This document shows positions 19,622 to 27,458 of a stretch of 64,000 nucleotides of DNA, piece after piece (positions within the stretch are counted from its first letter, which is position 1; each line of letters opens with the position of its first letter). The translations under genes and the position numbers were made by a program. A model generated the notes under the pieces. It did not search any database. It worked only from the letters and a program-made list of their open reading frames with translations, and was not told the DNA's origin. The DNA comes from Candidatus Zixiibacteriota bacterium (lineage in GTDB: Bacteria > Zixibacteria > MSB-5A5 > SM1-73). Where the stretch lies: the NCBI GenBank assembly GCA_049694315.1, contig JBAVQU010000021.1, forward strand, positions 20,372-84,371, written 5' to 3'.

Positions 19622-19655
19622 CAGAAGCCCCGTACTCCCAACTTATCTTGGTGTC
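19622..19655. repeat. Copy 3 of the 45-bp hairpin repeat, truncated or degenerate
   Basis: Reads CAGAAGCCCCGTACTCCCAACTTATCTTGGTGTC. Confidence 0.6.
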
Positions 19656-19950
19656 TTAAGTATGTAACTCAATCAATGAATCTATAGTTAACAGTTTTCT
19701 ATGTCAAGTTGTTTTTGTCTGGTGCACTGCGGATTCATCCTGTCCGCCAGAGGCCAGCGTCCGCTCGCACGTAAGGGCGTGTCTGTCTCAAATAGAACGT
19801 TGCATTGTTTTAAGTTGCGGGCTTAACGTTCGCGTTCAGAGACCGGGCAATCGGGTTGAAACTGAACAAAACCCAACGTGAAGCACATTCCAATGACCGG
19901 TCCACTGAAACGCGTTGTTATCTACCCGGGAAAGAAGATCCATAAGCAGC

Positions 19951-20382
19951 CTAGAAGACAAATGGCACCATGCGTTTGGTCGCGGCTGCATAAGCCTTGT
20001 ACCCGGGATAGCGCGCGCGGAGAAGCTTCTCCTCGGCGAACATGCGGGCAACAGCGCCGATGAGAACAAGGATCACCAGCAGCGCCGCGAATGAGGGGTG
20101 AGCCAGAGCACCAGCGCAGGTGAAAAGGCAGACAGCCGTATAGATCGGGTGCCGGATGTAGCGATAAGGACCGTTGGTGATAAGTGCCCCTTCGGTTGGA
20201 GCTGCTGTAGCATGGAAGCTGCGGTGACCCAAAGTGATGCGCGCCCATACCATCAGTACAACCGCAGCAGTCTGCACCGTGATGACCAACGGGTTAAATG
20301 AAAAGAGCGACCTGGTGACAATAAGGCCAAGCAATCCAGCGACCATCAGTACAAAACCGAAAACGGATAGAAGTCCCAGCAT
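19951..20382 (-). CDS. Methyltransferase of the isoprenylcysteine carboxyl methyltransferase / phospholipid methyltransferase family; a small membrane protein
   Basis: Has the C-terminal motif GPYRYIRHPIY...AEEKLLRARYPGYKAY and 4 TM helices, in 143 aa. Confidence 0.65.
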   Translation of the reverse strand: MLGLLSVFGFVLMVAGLLGLIVTRSLFSFNPLVITVQTAAVVLMVWARITLGHRSFHATAAPTEGALITNGPYRYIRHPIYTAVCLFTCAGALAHPSFAALLVILVLIGAVARMFAEEKLLRARYPGYKAYAAATKRMVPFVF

Positions 20383-20430
20383 GTGTGTTCACCTAAGCGT
20401 TGATCTTGCAGGTGGCTAACGGACTGCGGT

Positions 20431-20739
20431 TCAGCGGCGGTGCGCCAGCGTCGTCCGCTGCAACGATTTGTTAGGCTTTCTCGCCTTTGTTCTCTGCTTT
20501 TTGGGCAGCAGTGGAATTAAACAACGCAAAGCCCGATTCACAGATTCCGAGTCTGGGAAATACGCTCGAATATCCGGTTCCAGGACAACTGCACCTTTTT
20601 TTGGCATCACGTCCTTAACAACAGTTGTACCATCCACCTTATGAATAGCGATGGTATACCCGGCTTGCATGGCTTTGTGGTGCTTGCCACGCACTCCACC
20701 CCTAAAATTATATTCCGTACGCATATCGTTGTCCTCCAC
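20431..20739 (-). CDS. brnA: BrnA-family antitoxin
   Basis: Has the C-terminal BrnA motif VLEPDIRAYFPDSESVNRALRCLI. It lies immediately downstream of a BrnT-like toxin gene. Confidence 0.55.
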   Translation of the reverse strand: MEDNDMRTEYNFRGGVRGKHHKAMQAGYTIAIHKVDGTTVVKDVMPKKGAVVLEPDIRAYFPDSESVNRALRCLIPLLPKKQRTKARKPNKSLQRTTLAHRR

Positions 20740-20749
20740 CTATACTATT

Positions 20750-21037
20750 TTAGTCACTGCCTTCTTCATAAAGTTTCCGCTCCGATGACGTTGCCTTACG
20801 ACTACTGATAATACGTATGTTGGAGCCTCGTTCGGTATAAACCACTACCAGTATGTGACCCTTATCAGAACTGCCAATGTCAATATACCGCTGCTCCTCC
20901 ACTGAATGGCCTGGATCAGGCATCGTAATTGAAAAGGGATCAACGAAAACCGTTGTGGCTTCATCAAAACTGACTTGGTGCTTTTTGAGATTCGCTTTGG
21001 CTTTTTCTTCATCCCACTCAAAGCTCAGTTTCATCAT
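20750..21037 (-). CDS. brnT: BrnT-family (DUF497) ribonuclease toxin
   Basis: Reads MKLSFEWDEEKAKANLKKHQVSFDEATTVFVDP...ILVVVYTERGSNIRIISSRKAT, which matches the BrnT signature. Confidence 0.65.
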   Translation of the reverse strand: MMKLSFEWDEEKAKANLKKHQVSFDEATTVFVDPFSITMPDPGHSVEEQRYIDIGSSDKGHILVVVYTERGSNIRIISSRKATSSERKLYEEGSD

Positions 21038-21288
21038 GGCTCCTTTGAACCCTAGCGTGTCGTTTAAGCATAACCGGCCGCGGTTCACCCGCCGCGCGGG
21101 TGCGGGATAGAGCTTCTGCTACGAGACCAACTACAAGCGCGTGTAGCCGCCGATTCGCGCGCGCCATAGCGCAGTCGGGTGCAAGCGCTGGTTAGGTGGC
21201 CCGCTTGGGCTTTACGTATGCCCGCCAGGTCCCCTTGACCTGGTGGGGAGCTCCTATCAGGTCGGGGACCTCAAGAGGTACTATTTTC

Positions 21289-22029
21289 TCATAATATCTT
21301 CCATCTCTTGATCTGTTCCATTGCTCTGTAGTCGGTCATATCGAGATGGAGAGGAGTGATGGAGACGTAGCCTTTCTGGATGGCGGCGTAATCGGTATCG
21401 TCCTCTTTTTCCCAGATAGAGGTCTGTTCTCCGATCCAATAATATTCCCCAACGCGCTGAGTAATTTTATCGATCACCACGTCGTTATGCACCCTTTTCC
21501 CCAAACGTGTGATTTTATACTTCTTCATGGCTGGCCTTTTGTCAGGAACATTCACGTTCAAGAGGCTATCCTTGGGCAGCCCGTTTTTCAGGACGAAGGA
21601 TGTTAGCTTTCTTACAAATTCGGCCGCAGACTTAAAATGCTTGGCACTGTAATTAACGTTGGAGACCGCGATAGAGGGAATGCCCAGGATCGTCCCCTCC
21701 ATGGCTGCGGCCACCGTTCCTGAGTAGGAAACGTCGTTTCCCAGATTGGGGCCGTGATTGATCCCGGAGACAAGTATGTCGGGCCTTTTTTTCAGGATGG
21801 CGCGAACTGCCAGCATCACTGCGTCCGTGGGTGTACCGCTCACGCTGTAAGATCTGTCGCCGATCTGGTTTGTGCGTATAGGATACTCCAAAGTCAGCGA
21901 ATGGCTGGTGGCGCTCTGTTCTCTATCCGGCGCCACTACCCATACCTGGCCGATTTTGGAGATTTCCTTCCTTAGGGTTACCAAACCTTCTGCATTTATG
22001 CCGTCGTCATTGGTGAGTAAGATTAACAA
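21289..22029 (-). CDS. surE: 5'/3'-nucleotidase SurE
   Basis: Reads MLILLTNDDGINAEGLVTLRKEISKIGQVWVVAPDREQSATSHSLT, the canonical SurE N-terminus. Confidence 0.85.
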   Translation of the reverse strand: MLILLTNDDGINAEGLVTLRKEISKIGQVWVVAPDREQSATSHSLTLEYPIRTNQIGDRSYSVSGTPTDAVMLAVRAILKKRPDILVSGINHGPNLGNDVSYSGTVAAAMEGTILGIPSIAVSNVNYSAKHFKSAAEFVRKLTSFVLKNGLPKDSLLNVNVPDKRPAMKKYKITRLGKRVHNDVVIDKITQRVGEYYWIGEQTSIWEKEDDTDYAAIQKGYVSITPLHLDMTDYRAMEQIKRWKIL

Positions 22030-22035
22030 TTTGTC

Positions 22036-22092
22036 TCCTTTAACCTCTCCCCTATTGCCCCGGTCTCCATTTCATGGAGAGGGGGAGATTAG
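22036..22092. repeat. Nested palindromic element of about 50 bp (CTCCCCT...CTCCATTTCATGGAG...AGGGGGAG); a second copy is at 43095-43150
   Basis: Reads aacctctcccctattgccccggtctccatttcatggagagggggagatt. It shares the GGAGAGGGGGAG core and the palindrome architecture with the copy at 43095. Confidence 0.55.
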
Positions 22093-22101
22093 GGGGTGAA
22101 A

Positions 22102-22773
22102 TCACCACCACAGGCTTCTCCACATCAGTCTGAGGAATCTACCCGTGTCAGTTAGGGGACGAATGAAGCTTCTCCCCCCTGCATAGATGGTGTCGATGGC
22201 AACTTGATTTATCCGGAATCCCTTTCGGCTGGCTTTGACCAAGATTTCCGATTCTAAATCGTACTTCTTGGACTCCAATTTGACGCTCCTTATGACCTCA
22301 ATCGGGATCAGCCTGTAGCCGGACTGGCTATCTCTGATGGATTGACCCGACAAAATCGATAGAACAGTCGAGGTCAACTTGTTGCTCAGCCACCGGGACA
22401 AAGGCATGGTCTTCAAATCCATCCTTCTGGTGCCGATCAGAATAGCCGGCAAAACGCCTCTTTTGCGCATAAAATCAGGGAGAGAGCGCGGATCGTGTTG
22501 TAGATCGGCATCCATGGTAATCACAGCATCATAGTTGTTTTCCACCGCATATCTGAATCCGGTTTTCAACGCTTCCCCCTTACCCTGGTTGCGGTCGTGC
22601 TTCAGGACCACCACACCGGCCTTTTGAGCGATCTGAGAGGTCTGATCACCTGACCCATCATCCACCACCACCATAACATCTCTGTCTATGAATTTCGAGG
22701 TCTTCTCTATTAGCTCCAGGATGGTCGAGGCGGCATTGTATGCGGGGATAAGTACCAGGAACCCTTTGGTCAT
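22102..22773 (-). CDS. Glycosyltransferase family 2 protein, a polyprenyl-phosphate sugar transferase of the DPM1/ArnC type
   Basis: Reads LVLIPAYNAASTILELIE...VVVDDGSGDQTSQIA...DAVITMDADLQHDP. Confidence 0.7.
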   Translation of the reverse strand: MTKGFLVLIPAYNAASTILELIEKTSKFIDRDVMVVVDDGSGDQTSQIAQKAGVVVLKHDRNQGKGEALKTGFRYAVENNYDAVITMDADLQHDPRSLPDFMRKRGVLPAILIGTRRMDLKTMPLSRWLSNKLTSTVLSILSGQSIRDSQSGYRLIPIEVIRSVKLESKKYDLESEILVKASRKGFRINQVAIDTIYAGGRSFIRPLTDTGRFLRLMWRSLWW

Positions 22774-22803
22774 GAACGATGGAATATGGATTCTTAACTA
22801 AAA

Positions 22804-22879
22804 ATCGGGGCGAGCCGATTTGAACGGCCGACCCCTTGCACCCCAAGCAAGTGCGCTAACCAGTCTGCGCTACGCCCCG
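22804..22879 (-). tRNA. tRNA-Pro (anticodon GGG)
   Basis: The minus-strand sequence is CGGGGCG TA GCGC AGACTGGTTA GCGC A CTTGC TTGGGGT GCAAG GGGTC GGCCG TTCAAAT CGGCT CGCCCCG A. It folds as a cloverleaf with a 7-bp acceptor stem, a D arm, anticodon loop UUGGGGU and a TPsiC arm; CCA is not encoded. Confidence 0.8.
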
Positions 22880-22916
22880 ATTTAGTTAGAACAGTATAAT
22901 CTGCCTCGATGATAAG

Positions 22917-23264
22917 TCAAGACAGAATCTCTAAAATCTCAGAAAGCTCCCTCTTGATTTCCTCCAGAAGACCCTGAAGCTTCATCTTCTCCACCACCAC
23001 CGGACCCAATTCGTCACGCCGCAGCTCCTTCAGTCTGGACTTGGCTCCCTCGATGGTATATCCTTCTTCGTACAGGAGGTGTTTGATCTGGCTGATCAGA
23101 TCGATGTCCTTCTGCTGATAAGACCGATTGCCTGCCCGGTTCTTTTTGGGTCGGAGCAGACCAAACTCTTTTTCCCAGAATCTCAATACGTAAGGTTTGA
23201 TCCCGGTTATCTTCTCTACTTCGCCTATCGAATAGTAGAGTTTCTCGCCGACGAAAGTCTCCAA
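22917..23264 (-). CDS. MerR-family transcriptional regulator
   Basis: Has an N-terminal MerR HTH (YSIGEVEKITGIKPYVLRFWEKEFGLLRPKKNRAGNRSYQQKDIDL) and a C-terminal coiled coil. Confidence 0.7.
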   Translation of the reverse strand: METFVGEKLYYSIGEVEKITGIKPYVLRFWEKEFGLLRPKKNRAGNRSYQQKDIDLISQIKHLLYEEGYTIEGAKSRLKELRRDELGPVVVEKMKLQGLLEEIKRELSEILEILS

Positions 23265-23383
23265 CTTCTCCCCTCGCTTCTTGGACCGTTCGACTACCCT
23301 TCAGGTCCCGGGTCCACCGAAGGACAGATGCACTTCCTCATCTATGTCGTCTCTAACACAAGATACGAATTCCCGACACCAAG

Positions 23384-24391
23384 TCAACTCCAAATTTCTG
23401 ATTTTGGGTCCCGGGTCATGAGTTCGGCCATTGCCTGATCTGGCCTTTTGTTTTCAAACAGCACCCGGTAAACCTGTTGGGTGATGGGCATTTCCACTTG
23501 ATGTCTTAAAGAAAGCTGATAGGCCGACTTGGTGGTCCTTATTCCCTCGGCCACCATGGTCATCTTTGCCTCAACTTCCTTCAGGGTTCTCCCCTTGCCG
23601 ATCTCCTCTCCCACAAACCTGTTCCGGGAAAACTGGCTGATGCAGGTAGTCACCAAATCCCCAAGCCCCGAAAGCCCGGCGAAGGTCTCACGCTTCGCCC
23701 CCAGCTTTTCACCCAGCCGGATGATCTCTGCCAACCCCCTGGAGAGCAATGCGCCTTTGCTATTATCCCCCAAGCCCATTCCGTCGCATATGCCGGACGC
23801 GATGGCAATGACGTTTTTGAGCGACCCTCCCAACTCCACTCCGATCACATCGCTATTGGTATAAACCCTGAAATATGCAGTCATAAAAGTCAGTTGGACT
23901 TCTTTGGCGACGCTCTCTCTGAATCCAGCCACCACTACCGTCGTGGGTATTTTTCTGGCCACCTCCTCAGCATGGCTGGGGCCGGAAAGGGTGATGATCC
24001 TTTCATGAAGCTCCGACGACAGCTCTTGCTTCAATACCTCCGACATTCTCAAAAGCGTGTCGTTTTCAATTCCCTTGGCCAGGTTGACTACAATCGGATT
24101 CCTCACTTCTATGGCACTGATCTTTTTTGCTACCTCCCTGACCGTGTGCGAAGGAAGCGCCAAAACCAAGATGTCAGCGTTTGCGACCGCAGGCTCGAGA
24201 TCACCCGCAATTTCCACTCGATCGGGGATGACGACTCCCGGAAGTTTCTGCTTATGTTCTCTTCGTGCGCGCAGATTCCCCATCTCTGCCGGATCAAACT
24301 CCCACAACGTCACCTTGTGTCCGTTGTGGTCGAGAAGCGTGGAAATGGCAATCCCCCACCCACCTGCACCCAATACTGCGATTTCTGCCAT
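23384..24391 (-). CDS. gpsA: NAD(P)H-dependent glycerol-3-phosphate dehydrogenase
   Basis: Has the Rossmann fold (MAEIAVLGAGGWGIAIS) and a GpsA-like body; it is adjacent to plsY. Confidence 0.85.
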   Translation of the reverse strand: MAEIAVLGAGGWGIAISTLLDHNGHKVTLWEFDPAEMGNLRARREHKQKLPGVVIPDRVEIAGDLEPAVANADILVLALPSHTVREVAKKISAIEVRNPIVVNLAKGIENDTLLRMSEVLKQELSSELHERIITLSGPSHAEEVARKIPTTVVVAGFRESVAKEVQLTFMTAYFRVYTNSDVIGVELGGSLKNVIAIASGICDGMGLGDNSKGALLSRGLAEIIRLGEKLGAKRETFAGLSGLGDLVTTCISQFSRNRFVGEEIGKGRTLKEVEAKMTMVAEGIRTTKSAYQLSLRHQVEMPITQQVYRVLFENKRPDQAMAELMTRDPKSEIWS

Positions 24392-24393
24392 TA

Positions 24394-25026
24394 CTAAAGA
24401 CCCTTTCGCCGGAACTTGTTCTCTGTGCCGGCCAGCAATCTCTTGATGTTACTTCTGTGATTGAAAAAAATGAATATGGTTAGAAACGCCATCATAGCGA
24501 TGAGCTGACCTGGCACCTGACTCCCAAGATAATATTTCTCAAACAGCAACGCAAACAATATAAACACGGTGGCAGAAAGCGAGCCTAAGGAGACGTACCG
24601 GGTGATGGCCACTATTAACACAAACAGAATCAGACTCATACCCATCTCCACCGGTATCAGGGACAGAAGAGCACCCAGCGCGGCGAGAATGCCTTTCCCC
24701 CCTCTGAATCCGAAGAAAATAGGAAACACATGGCCCACCACCACACATATGCCGGCGATGATTTTGAGATTAATTGGGTCCAGGTGCGCGGAACCAAGAG
24801 AGATTCTAGTCACCAAGAGCACCGCCGCCATCCCCTTGGCGACGTCAAGAATCAGTACCATTAGCGCGGGGAGAGGACCGATGACGCGATAAACGTTGGT
24901 GAACCCGGCATTCTTCGACCCGTACTCCCTGATGTCAATGCCCCTCCGGACTCGGCTGATGATAAGGCTGAAGGGAATAGAGCCTAGTGCGTAGCTCAGA
25001 ATCGCTATTAGGATGGCAGAAGCCAC
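24394..25026 (-). CDS. plsY: Glycerol-3-phosphate acyltransferase PlsY
   Basis: Reads [13 protein letters not shown]...[13 protein letters not shown], which is the PlsY family signature. Confidence 0.85.
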   Translation of the reverse strand: MASAILIAILSYALGSIPFSLIISRVRRGIDIREYGSKNAGFTNVYRVIGPLPALMVLILDVAKGMAAVLLVTRISLGSAHLDPINLKIIAGICVVVGHVFPIFFGFRGGKGILAALGALLSLIPVEMGMSLILFVLIVAITRYVSLGSLSATVFILFALLFEKYYLGSQVPGQLIAMMAFLTIFIFFNHRSNIKRLLAGTENKFRRKGL

Positions 25027-25210
25027 ATTCCTCCTTTCCCATTTTCACAAACGGGCCTGGGAGCAAAGTCCAGAGAAAATCCGTGTAGCCCTCCACTCTC
25101 CCGCCGATATTATGAACCAGTCCATGCCCTTCCACAAATTCCCCCGCAAATCGAAAGGAGATGAAAGCATCGTAACAGACAAACCCAAGATAATTCACAT
25201 GCAGAAGCAA
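25027..25210 (-). pseudogene. Partial duplicate of the 5' end of the downstream GT-C-like gene (25471..27033)
   Basis: It encodes [47 protein letters not shown], against [47 protein letters not shown] in the full gene. DNA identity is obvious (ATCGAAAGGAGATGAAAGCATCGT.ACAGAC). Confidence 0.55.
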
Positions 25211-25470
25211 AATAAGCCATTTTGTTAGTATGAGGCCTATGCTGATGGATTCTCTTTTTCATTTGGCACTTTTCAGGAATGAGTCATGAGGCTTTGGCCT
25301 TCGGAAGCAAAAGATGGACCTTTGAGTTGCCCCTCGATCATGGCACCAGCAAGACCGAAATCAACACTTGTTCAGAGGGGGCAATTATGTGCTTAATAGT
25401 TTACTCGACTATAGCTCCAATTTCCACGGCAACAACATCGTTCTGTGGTCGTTAGCTTATTACTCTTGTT

Positions 25471-27033
25471 TCATCCGGAGTCGAATTCCCGCAAGCTTAA
25501 AAAATAGAAATACCTGGTTTCATTTTCCGATATCCTAATAAGGAAAACCTCAACCTTGTACCCGGCACTTGACAGCGGCTCCTTGACCTCCCATTGCCAT
25601 GTGGGTTTGCTGCGCTCCTCATAGATTTTGGGCTGTCCTATGATGTAAGTAGGCCTTCGAGATGCAAGGAACTCATCTGTCACCAATTCAGTATGGCCTG
25701 GTTTCGATACTTCCCTATATGTGAAATCCTTTTGAGAGTCAGACGCCAGAGCCAAACCGAGTTCATCGATAGCATAAAGCTCCGAGTAATAAGGTATTGC
25801 CCCAGCAGCGGTGGTGGATAAGCTTTCACTCGGTTTGGCAATGCTTTTGAACATGAGTCCCGCCTTTGACCAGACGCGGACGTAATCTCTTAACAATCCT
25901 ATACTGTCCATTCCTGTCCGACTCCACATTTTGTTGCTTCCTTGGGATGGGTAAGCCAGGAAGAATGCGCACAATCCTATCAGCAGAATCTCTGAAGTGA
26001 ATAAAGCGGTTTTATGTCCTGTTTTTGAAAGAGGGTGTAGATAATGATGCATTCCTCTGAATCCCTCCTGAACCAGAAAGAAAAACAAAGGCAGAATGGG
26101 CACTAAGAACCTGAACATGTCCATGAAGTCCCCTCCAACATACACTACATAAAGAGAGAAGATCAATATCATGGAGGCAAAGTAGGAAATGACTGTTTTC
26201 AATCTATGGTTCAATCTAACAGCTTCGCCTAGAAACACCAGCGGGATCATCAAAACCGGTATCCAAAACCTCTTGAGGAAATCAAAAAGATAGGAAAGAC
26301 CTTGGCGATAAAGCATCTCTCCTCCCATCTTCACATAAAATGTATTAGGCAGAAGTCTTCCATAATAGGACCACCGCCAAAAGAAGTAGACAAGAAATGG
26401 GACCAGAAAGGAAATGGTCCAGATCAACACGTTTCTCGGTCTGATCTTCTTGCTGACGGCGGAAACATAGAGCAGGCAGACGAAGGTTGTTCCGGCGAAG
26501 AGCAGTCCATCCAAACGAGTCATGCAGATCAGACTGAAGGTTATTCCGGAGAAAGCGAGGCGTTTTGGTTCGGTCATCCCCGAAAGAAAAAAGAACGAGC
26601 CTAAGAGAATCAGAAAGGTATAAAGTGACGTCTCCAAGCCTCCAGTTGACCAGGCGGCGTAAGCTCCACAACAGGCTAGCAGAAGCGGAGCCAAATAGTT
26701 GAAAAGACTTTCTCTCGGGTAAAGCCATCTGTTCAGTCGTAACAACAGCAAAACTGTGCCTAGGCTAAACAGTGCCCCCAAAACCTGTGAAACCACAACT
26801 ACGTCCAATCCCATTTTCATGAATAGGCTTACAAGCAAAGTCCATAGGAAATTGGTATACCCCTCCACCCTTTCGCCAATATTGTAGACCAGACCATGTC
26901 CCTCCACAAAATTCTTGGCATATCGAAAGGAGATGAAAGCATCGTCACAGACGAACCTGAGATAATCGATGTGTAAGAGGAGTATAAGAAATATGACGAC
27001 GGTCAGGCCTATCGAAATACAAGCTTTCTTCAT
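25471..27033 (-). CDS. Polytopic membrane protein, a putative GT-C-fold glycosyltransferase (ArnT/PMT-like)
   Basis: The 520-aa protein has at least 10 TM helices. Its N-terminal cytoplasmic-face motif DDAFISFRYAKNF.EGHGLVYN..ERVEGYTNFLW resembles lipid-linked sugar transferases. Confidence 0.5.
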   Translation of the reverse strand: MKKACISIGLTVVIFLILLLHIDYLRFVCDDAFISFRYAKNFVEGHGLVYNIGERVEGYTNFLWTLLVSLFMKMGLDVVVVSQVLGALFSLGTVLLLLRLNRWLYPRESLFNYLAPLLLACCGAYAAWSTGGLETSLYTFLILLGSFFFLSGMTEPKRLAFSGITFSLICMTRLDGLLFAGTTFVCLLYVSAVSKKIRPRNVLIWTISFLVPFLVYFFWRWSYYGRLLPNTFYVKMGGEMLYRQGLSYLFDFLKRFWIPVLMIPLVFLGEAVRLNHRLKTVISYFASMILIFSLYVVYVGGDFMDMFRFLVPILPLFFFLVQEGFRGMHHYLHPLSKTGHKTALFTSEILLIGLCAFFLAYPSQGSNKMWSRTGMDSIGLLRDYVRVWSKAGLMFKSIAKPSESLSTTAAGAIPYYSELYAIDELGLALASDSQKDFTYREVSKPGHTELVTDEFLASRRPTYIIGQPKIYEERSKPTWQWEVKEPLSSAGYKVEVFLIRISENETRYFYFLSLREFDSG

Positions 27034-27057
27034 TTACCGACCTACATGAAGTAAGAT

Positions 27058-27115
27058 TTTAAATCTTGAATCTTGAACCTTTGAACTCTCAAACTCTTAA
27101 GCTTTCGAACCCATA
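27058..27115 (-). repeat. Tandem TTCAARR heptamer array in minus-strand orientation, 25-80 bp upstream of the GT-C-like gene start
   Basis: The minus strand reads ttcgaaag cttaagag tttgagag ttcaaagg ttcaaga ttcaaga ttt. This is the same unit as the array at 17957-18021. Confidence 0.7.
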
Positions 27116-27131
27116 TTTCCTCATCCTCCGA

Positions 27132-27413
27132 TTAATCTAACCTAGTATACAATATCCACACTTCTTTTTTCGCTCCCCGATCAAAATAAATTTCGAAGAC
27201 TTCCTCCTCTACGGTCAATACTCGATAGTAATTTCTATGTTTTCTCTGCCACCATCTTTTTCTTTTGGCACCCGAGCCAGAATAGCTGTAATCCGGCCAG
27301 AAGGCAATCACCTCCTTAATCTTATATTCTTTGCCTCTCCAGATGAAGGAGACGGGGTTTCTGGTCTGCTCGTCTCGTGTGACCTCTATTTGATCGGAAT
27401 AGAATTCAGGCAT
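27132..27413 (-). CDS. Hypothetical protein of 93 aa
   Basis: The ORF has no recognisable motifs (WRGKEYKIKEVIAFWPDYSYSGSGAKRKRWWQRKHRNYYRV). It lies between the GT-C gene and der. Confidence 0.35.
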   Translation of the reverse strand: MPEFYSDQIEVTRDEQTRNPVSFIWRGKEYKIKEVIAFWPDYSYSGSGAKRKRWWQRKHRNYYRVLTVEEEVFEIYFDRGAKKEVWILYTRLD

Positions 27414-27458
27414 GGCCGAGAAGATGTTGTTAGTGCCAAAACACGTGGCCTCTGTGAA

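Noticed and set aside
18531-19655. Integron gene-cassette array with attC sites
   Set aside because: The repeats lack the GTTRRRY/RYYYAAC core architecture of attC. No intI-like integrase or attI is present within the window. I therefore describe the array only as cassette-like.
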